Below are positions 57,953 through 64,000 of a stretch of DNA of 64,000 nt, in pieces. The DNA is taken from contig OY970303.1 of assembly GCA_963716255.1 (NCBI GenBank), positions 5,184,001 to 5,248,000 on the forward strand, read 5' to 3'. Both the position numbers and the translations under genes were made by a program. The notes under the pieces were generated by a model. The model ran no database searches and was not told the DNA's origin. It saw only the letters and a program-made list of their open reading frames with translations. Position 1 is the first letter of the stretch, and the number at the start of each line of letters is the position of its first letter. The stretch comes from an uncultured Gemmatimonadales bacterium (lineage in GTDB: Bacteria; Gemmatimonadota; Gemmatimonadetes; Longimicrobiales; Longimicrobiaceae).

Positions 57953-58103
57953 CCCGCGTGAGGGATTTCGGCCCGGAGGGGCGAGACCCCGCGGCACCTC
58001 CGTTCAGAGGTGCTGGCGGGGGCTCGACTCCGATGCAGACGGTCGTTTCGTCTGCTACGGAGCCGAAGCCCGACCCCGGCGCAGCCGGGGGCACGCCCGA
58101 ACC
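57953..58103 (+). repeat. Full copy of structured intergenic repeat
   Basis: Same orientation as 33411-33549. Confidence 0.9.
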
Positions 58104-58145
58104 AGGCAGTTCAACCAGCCGTAGAGCCGGACACCCACACGGAGG

Positions 58146-59276
58146 ATGACCCCCATGAACGACCTGTTCCTGCGCGCCTGCCGCCGCGAGCCGGTGGAGC
58201 GTCCGCCCGTGTGGATGATGCGCCAGGCGGGGCGCTACCTTCCCGAGTACCGCGCCGTCCGCAAGAAGGCCGACTTCCTCACCATGGTGCGCTCCCCGGA
58301 GCTGGTGGCGGAGGTGACGCTACAGCCCGTGGACATCCTGGGCGTGGACGCGGCCATCCTGTTCAGCGACATCCTCACCCTGCCGCAGGCCATGGGGATG
58401 GAGCTGCTGATGAACGAGGGCGTGGGGCCCGTGTTCCCCGACCCGCTGCGCACCCGCGAGGACTTCGACCGGCTGCGCGACGTGTCGCCGGAGGAGGGGC
58501 TCGCCTACGTGCTGGACTCCATCCGCCTGCTGCGCCGCGAGCTGGACGGGCGTGTGCCGCTGCTGGGCTTCGCCGGGGCGCCGTGGACGCTGGCCTCGTA
58601 CATGATCGAGGGCGGCAGCTCCAAGAGCTTCGCGCACGCCAAGCGGCTCCTGGTGGAGGACCCCTACCGCGCCCACGCGCTGCTGGCGCGGCTGGCGAAC
58701 GCGGTCGGCTACTTCCTCCACGCGCAGGTGGGGGCGGGCGCGCAGGCGGTGCAGGTCTTCGAGAGCTGGGCGGGCGCGCTCGGGCCGGAGGACTACCGCG
58801 CCTTCGCGCTCCCCTACCTGGCGCAGTCGGTCCGCATCGCGCAGCAGGCGGGCGCTCCGGTGATCGTGTACGCGCTGGGCGCGCCGTGGGCGCTGGAGGA
58901 GATCGCGGAGGAGACGGGGGCGGACGTCGTGGGCATCGACTGGCAGACTCCCGCGGCGGAGGCCCGGCGCCGCCTGGCCCCGCACGGGGTGGCGCTCCAG
59001 GGAAACCTGGAGCCGTGCTGGCTGTTCGGCACGCCGGAACTGGTGCGGCAGCGCACTCTCCGCATGCTGGAAGAATTCTCGGGTGACGGCTACATCGCCA
59101 ACCTGGGCCACGGCATCCTCCCCGGGACCCCGGTGGAGTGCGTGCGCGCCTTCGTGGAGACGGTGCAGGAGTGGCAGGGGGTGCCGTCGCTGCGCCTGGA
59201 GGACGGCGCGGTGATGCGCCGCCGCCCCGCCGCCCTGCCGCTGCGCTCGACGGGGGTGCGGGTGGAGGCGGGGTGA
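58146..59276 (+). CDS. hemE: Uroporphyrinogen decarboxylase
   Basis: PVWMMRQAGRYLPEY, AAILFSDIL, GFAGAPWTLASY, NLGHGI. Confidence 0.96.
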   Translation: MTPMNDLFLRACRREPVERPPVWMMRQAGRYLPEYRAVRKKADFLTMVRSPELVAEVTLQPVDILGVDAAILFSDILTLPQAMGMELLMNEGVGPVFPDPLRTREDFDRLRDVSPEEGLAYVLDSIRLLRRELDGRVPLLGFAGAPWTLASYMIEGGSSKSFAHAKRLLVEDPYRAHALLARLANAVGYFLHAQVGAGAQAVQVFESWAGALGPEDYRAFALPYLAQSVRIAQQAGAPVIVYALGAPWALEEIAEETGADVVGIDWQTPAAEARRRLAPHGVALQGNLEPCWLFGTPELVRQRTLRMLEEFSGDGYIANLGHGILPGTPVECVRAFVETVQEWQGVPSLRLEDGAVMRRRPAALPLRSTGVRVEAG

Positions 59277-60244
59277 GGACCGCCCCGCGGGCCGCCCCCA
59301 TGCGCGACCGGGCGGCCCGCTGGATCGGGCACGCGCACGACGAGCTGACCGCTTTCTTCGCGGAGCTGGACGGCGGGGGCGCGTTCCGCGAGGATCGCTG
59401 GGAGCGCCCCGGCGGCGGGGGCGGGGTGACCCGGGTGATGGCGGAGGGGGCGGTCTTCGAGAAGCTGGGGGTGAACCGCTTCCTGGGGGGCGGCCCGCTC
59501 TCCGCGGACGCGGCCCGCCAGCTGGGAGGGCGTGTGGATGGGTTGGACGGGGTGAACTTCTTCGCCACGGGGGTGAGCGTGGTGGCGCACCCGCGCTCGC
59601 CCCTGGTGCCCACGGTGCACCTCAACGTCCGCTACTTCGAGCTGGCCGCCGAGGACGGCGGGGTGCTGGACGCCTGGTTCGGCGGGGGGACGGACCTCAC
59701 CCCCACCTACCCCTTCCCGGAGGACGCCGCTCACTTCCACCGGGTGCTGCGCGATGTGTGCGCCGGCCACGCGCCGGACTTCCACCCCCGCTTCAAGGAC
59801 TGGTGCGACCGCTACTTCGCCAGCCCGCACCGGGGCGGGGAGCGGCGTGGCGTGGGCGGGATCTTCTTCGACCATCTCCGCCCGGAGGAGGAGGGGACCA
59901 CCGCCGAAGTGCTGCGCCGCTTCGCGGGCGACGTGGCGCGCGCCCTCCCCGCCGCCTACGGGCCGCTCGTGGAGCGGCGGCGCGGGCTGCCCTTCGGCGA
60001 GCGGGAGCGCGCCTTCCAGCTCTTCCGCCGCGGCCGCTACGCCGAGTTCAACTTGGTGCACGACCGCGGCACGCTCTTCGGGCTCCGCACCGCCGCCCGC
60101 ATAGAGAGCGTGCTGATGAGCCTGCCGCCGCTCGCCTCGTGGGAGTACGCCCCGGAGTGGGAGCCCGGGGGGTTCGAGGCGGAGCTGACGGCGATGCTGG
60201 AGCCGCGGGACTGGGCCGCGATGGAGACTGCCGGCGGTACGTGA
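59273..60244 (+). CDS. hemF: Oxygen-dependent coproporphyrinogen III oxidase
   Basis: VAHPRSP.VPTVHLNVRYF, WFGGGTDLTP, RGVGGIFFD, RGRYAEFNLVHDRGT.FGL. Confidence 0.95.
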   Translation: MRTAPRAAPMRDRAARWIGHAHDELTAFFAELDGGGAFREDRWERPGGGGGVTRVMAEGAVFEKLGVNRFLGGGPLSADAARQLGGRVDGLDGVNFFATGVSVVAHPRSPLVPTVHLNVRYFELAAEDGGVLDAWFGGGTDLTPTYPFPEDAAHFHRVLRDVCAGHAPDFHPRFKDWCDRYFASPHRGGERRGVGGIFFDHLRPEEEGTTAEVLRRFAGDVARALPAAYGPLVERRRGLPFGERERAFQLFRRGRYAEFNLVHDRGTLFGLRTAARIESVLMSLPPLASWEYAPEWEPGGFEAELTAMLEPRDWAAMETAGGT

Positions 60245-60276
60245 AGGCGGTGCGGGTCGGGCCGGCATTGCCGATC

Positions 60277-61030
60277 CACCGTCGACAAGATCCTCGACAA
60301 ATGATGGCTGCCCCGTCGTCGCCGATGGGGTAGCCATCGTGTCATGGTGGTTGGCCCAGCAGGGAGCAACCACCTGCCAGGGTGCGTCTTAGCTGGCTTC
60401 AGGGCTCGCTGGTCTGATTCCACGGAAACGATGCTCCACATGGGGGAGTCGTATGCTATGTGGGCTTTCGTCTACGTGTTTTTTGTCGATTTCTTTCTGG
60501 CACGCGAATCATCCGATGCGCGCGCCGGGGTGCTCTCGGGGGGTGTGGCCTTCGCGGTGATCGGGGCGGGCGCGCTGGGGTGCGTGGTGGCGGGTGCGTG
60601 GGCGGACCGGCTGGGACGGGAGCGCGTCACCATCTGGGCGATGGCCGTGAGCGGGGCGTGCGCGCTGCTCATGGGCTGGCTGCTGCACGCGCCGGCTCCG
60701 CTCGTGCTGGCCGTGGCCCTGGTCTGGGGCTTCGCGGTGGTGGCGGACTCGGCGCAGTTCAGCGCGGTGGTCACCGAGGTGGCACCGGCGCACGCGGTGG
60801 GGACGGCGCTGACGTTCCAGACGGCGGTCGGGTTCCTGCTCACTTCGGTCACCCTCACGGCGGTGCCGTACCTGCGGGATGCCGGCGGGTGGTCGCTCGC
60901 GTTCGGCATCCTGGCGCTGGGACCGGCGGCCGGGATCACGGCGATGCGGAGGCTGGAAGGTCTCCGGACCGCGGTCACCTCGGATCCGTAAGACCCTTGG
61001 TATCCGCAAAATCGTCGACGCAAGGGCGCC
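60277..61030 (+). repeat. Right copy of ~750-bp direct repeat (putative att junction)
   Basis: Colinear with 11177-11930. Confidence 0.9.
60389..60991 (+). pseudogene. 3' fragment of an MFS transporter gene (copy 2)
   Basis: Near-identical protein to 11289-11891 from RAGVLSG to MRRL; degraded 5' part. Confidence 0.8.
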
Positions 61031-61320
61031 AGGTCTCGAAGGCGGCGTGGACGCCAACCGGAAGGAGGTAGAGAAAGACCACGGTCGCGGCGACACCCTC
61101 AGGGACCGCGTGCAACCACCAAGTCGAGACCCCGTACCCCCTCCGGATCCGTCTACTCCCCGGCATTTGCTCGTGCCGTCCCGAGGATCTGTTCTGTTGC
61201 GATCACCTGCTCGGCGCCTCTTCGATTACGTGTGTCACGCCACCAGTAGCCTTCCACGCTTGCCTTTCCGCACGCTGCCGCAAGCGCGCGCAGACACGGG
61301 CGTGGCCGTGGCGCGCGTCG

Positions 61321-61455
61321 GTGGCGGCGAGGGCGGCGTGGGCGCTGGGCCGCATGGGCACGGAGGCGGCGCGGCAGTCGCTGCGGGGCAGGGAAGGGGT
61401 GGAGGAGGACACCTGGGTGCGGGAGGAGATCGCCGCGGCGCTGGACGAGTCCAGA
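61321..61455 (+). pseudogene. 3' fragment of a HEAT-repeat protein resembling the QueG C-terminus
   Basis: AAWALGRMGTEAARQSLRGREGVEEDTWVREEIAAAL. Confidence 0.45.
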
Positions 61456-61529
61456 GGATTGTCGATCCGTGGCGCGCCGATCCGCTCTTCGTTCAGCCCT
61501 CGACGTCCGGCTCTCCAGTCGCCGGGAGG

Positions 61530-61583
61530 GTTCCGCGCGCGCTGCTCGGACGTGAGATCGACGATGTAAGGCTTCTTCGGCAT
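61530..61583 (-). mobile_element. Possible stub of an IS630-family transposase N-terminus
   Basis: GGAGG RBS then MPKKPYIVDLTSEQR; very short. Confidence 0.35.
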
Positions 61584-61640
61584 GGAAGCCCCTCCGGGAG
61601 GGGCTCCCATGCCATGCATGTTCGTCCAGCTGCGCTTGCC

Positions 61641-64000
61641 TCACGACCCCTGTGGCTGACTGCCGGCGGTGGTGGATGTCAGCTCCGCGAGTCGAAGGAG
61701 GTAGCTCTCCAGCGCGGCGGCCGCATCGCTCCGGCTGAAGAACCGGTCGTCGTATTCCACGCCCATTCTCACGCCCTCGCCACGCGGCGAGAGGCTGACG
61801 GCCAGGTTGAACGGGAGATGGAGCCGGTCGAGCCCGTACACCGGCTCCACGCGGCTCCCCCGTACCGCATCTCGATCAGACCGGTTCCGGAAGTGGAGGA
61901 AGTTGAAGGTGGAGAAGAACGGTTCCCGCCCACCGTGTTCCGCCATGATCTCCGCCAGCGGATAGCGCCCGAAGCGATCTGCGTGGAGGAGGTCCTGGTG
62001 GACCGCCAGGGCCCGCCCCGCGGCGCCGCCGGAGGCGGTGGCGGGCCGTGCCACCGGCACGAGGTTCCAGAACAGACCCAGCGCGGTGAGCGGATCGGAG
62101 AGCCGCTCCGACCTGCCGTTCCAGACCACGCCGGCGCACGCGTCCTCCCCTCCCGTGAGCGCAGCCACGACGTCCAGGAAGGAGCTCAGGTAGAGCGCCT
62201 TGAGGGCGAGCCCCTGCCGCGAAGCCGTTTCACGCAGCGCCGCGGTGAGCTCCGGCGCGGCTTCGCGAACGACCGGACGGTCGCGCGGGGATCCGCCCGT
62301 GCCGACGCGTGGAGTGGGCCAGGGGGAGGACACGTGCCGCATGCGGTCCCGCCAGAATGTCCGCGCTTCGTCCGAGGCCAGGATCTCCGCCTCGAGCGCG
62401 ACGAACTCGCGGTACGTGTCGGGCAGGGGCGCGGCGGAGACCGGCCGGCCGTCCCGGGCGTCGGCGTACGCCTCGAACAGGGTGTTGAGGAAGTGCACGT
62501 TCCCCCACCCGTCCTCGATGGCGTGGTGCGCCGAGATCAGGAGGTCGGCCACGTGGTCCTCGCGGTGGAAGATCACGAAGCGCATGAGCGAACCGGTGGG
62601 GTCGAACGGGTCGAACGGCATGTCGAGATCCTCCGCCACGCCGGCCCGGACGGCGCGGTCCTGCTCGTCCGGAGAGAGACCGCGCAGGTCCTGGTAGCCG
62701 ATGGGCACACGAGGGGTCTCGCGGACCACCTGCAGCAGGGTGCCGTCGCTCCCGGTCGTGAAGACGGTGCGGAGGATCGCGTGCCTGCGGACCACCTGCT
62801 CGATCGCGTGGCGGAGCGCATCGGTCGAGAGGGAGGCATCAGTGAGCCGGTGGCACTGCTGCGGGTGATAGACGCCGGCGCGAGCGGTGTCCCTGGCGTA
62901 CTCGGCGAGCATCACCGCCTGCATCCGGCTTGCCGGATACACGTCCTGGAACGGGGCCGGAAACACGGCCCGCACGTGGGACCACTCTTCCTCGGGCAGG
63001 TCGGCCAGGTGGTGAGGAACTCCGGCCTCCGGCGCCCCGCCCACCCGGGCGGCCGCGTCCGTACGCTCCGCCAGCCCGCGGATGGTCGGCGCCTCGAAGA
63101 GGTCGCGGACGGCGAGCGCCATCCCACGCTTGCGCAGCGCGGCCACCAACTGCACCGCGCGCATCGAATCCCCGCCCGCGGCGAAGAAGTTCTCCAGGAC
63201 GCCCACCCGCTCCGCGCCGAGCACCTCCTGCCACACCTCTTGGAGCAGGCGCTCCGCCGCCGAGGCGGGCGAGGCGTACGCCGGGCGGAGCGTCCGTCCG
63301 GCCTCGGGCGCCGGGAGGGCGCGCCGGTCCAGCTTGCCGTTGCCGGTCAGCGGCATCTCGGGCAGCGTGACGAACACCGCCGGGACCATGTGGTCGGGAA
63401 GCCGCGCGGAGAGAGCGGCCCGCAGGGCGGGCGGGTCTTCCGCCTCGCCGGGATCAAGGACCACGTACGCCACGAGCTGCTTTTCGCGACCGGCTTCGTC
63501 ACGCACGAGCACGGCCGCGTCGCGGATCCCGGGCAGCTCCAGCAGCGCGGCCTCGATCTCTCCCGGCTCGATGCGGAAGCCGCGGATCTTCACCTGCTGG
63601 TCGGCGCGCCCCAGGTACTCCAGCTCGCCGTCGGCGCGCTGCCGGGCCAGGTCGCCCGAGCGGTAGAGCCGCGCCGCCGGGTCGGCGGAGAAGGGATCGC
63701 GGAGGAAGCGCTCGGCCGTGAGCTCGGGCCGGTTCAGGTAGCCGCGCGCCACCCCCGCGCCCCCGACGAAGAGCTCGCCGGGGACGCCGGGGGGAACGGG
63801 CTCCAGGCGGGAATCCAGGACGTACAGGGAGAGGTCGGGGATCGGCACGCCGATCGGGCTCCCGGCGCGGTCCAGGTCCGCGCGGGTGATCGCGCGGTAG
63901 GTGACGTGGACCGTGGTCTCGGTGATCCCGTACATGTTCACCAGCCGCGGCCGCCCGTCGCCGTGCCGCTCCATCCACGGCCGCAGCGACTGCGGGTCCA
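61641..64000 (-). CDS. Non-ribosomal peptide synthetase, C-terminal part (A-PCP-C); 5' end outside the window
   Basis: NMYGITETT, GELFVGGAGVARGYL, YRSGDL, QVKIRGFRIE, NGKLDR; PCP FFAAGGDS; condensation motif HHAIEDG. Confidence 0.93.
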   Translation of the reverse strand, partial: DPQSLRPWMERHGDGRPRLVNMYGITETTVHVTYRAITRADLDRAGSPIGVPIPDLSLYVLDSRLEPVPPGVPGELFVGGAGVARGYLNRPELTAERFLRDPFSADPAARLYRSGDLARQRADGELEYLGRADQQVKIRGFRIEPGEIEAALLELPGIRDAAVLVRDEAGREKQLVAYVVLDPGEAEDPPALRAALSARLPDHMVPAVFVTLPEMPLTGNGKLDRRALPAPEAGRTLRPAYASPASAAERLLQEVWQEVLGAERVGVLENFFAAGGDSMRAVQLVAALRKRGMALAVRDLFEAPTIRGLAERTDAAARVGGAPEAGVPHHLADLPEEEWSHVRAVFPAPFQDVYPASRMQAVMLAEYARDTARAGVYHPQQCHRLTDASLSTDALRHAIEQVVRRHAILRTVFTTGSDGTLLQVVRETPRVPIGYQDLRGLSPDEQDRAVRAGVAEDLDMPFDPFDPTGSLMRFVIFHREDHVADLLISAHHAIEDGWGNVHFLNTLFEAYADARDGRPVSAAPLPDTYREFVALEAEILASDEARTFWRDRMRHVSSPWPTPRVGTGGSPRDRPVVREAAPELTAALRETASRQGLALKALYLSSFLDVVAALTGGEDACAGVVWNGRSERLSDPLTALGLFWNLVPVARPATASGGAAGRALAVHQDLLHADRFGRYPLAEIMAEHGGREPFFSTFNFLHFRNRSDRDAVRGSRVEPVYGLDRLHLPFNLAVSLSPRGEGVRMGVEYDDRFFSRSDAAAALESYLLRLAELTSTTAGSQPQGS

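Overview
Very GC-rich bacterial DNA. Most of the window (about 12.0-60.2 kb) is an apparently intact type-II anoxygenic photosynthesis gene cluster (PGC): hemY, bchID, puhE, cruF-like, crtF, bchCXYZ, inverted bchO, pufBALMC; on the minus strand bchFNBHLM, lhaA, split puhA, puhBC, a small ORF, acsF, a lipid-anchored blue-copper protein and tspO; then aerR/ppaA, ppsR, bchG, pucC-like, bciB-like, bchP, crtE-like, tspO, hemA (glutamyl-tRNA reductase), hemE and hemF. The split H subunit, extended PufM and C5-pathway hemA suggest a Gemmatimonadota host, possibly Longimicrobium-like (inference). The most striking structure is a pair of ~750-bp direct repeats exactly 49,100 bp apart that bracket the whole PGC. 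Each is a 5'-truncated MFS gene flanked by tandem TCGAC motifs, and a broken xis/tyrosine-integrase module lies just outside, consistent with a site-specifically integrated phototrophy island. PGC intergenic spaces carry eight copies of a structured repeat with compensatory base changes. The left flank is an uncharacterised operon ending in a tail-fibre-like protein and a phosphotransferase. The right flank holds gene debris and the 3' end of an NRPS. All calls come from reading motifs by eye; no searches were run.
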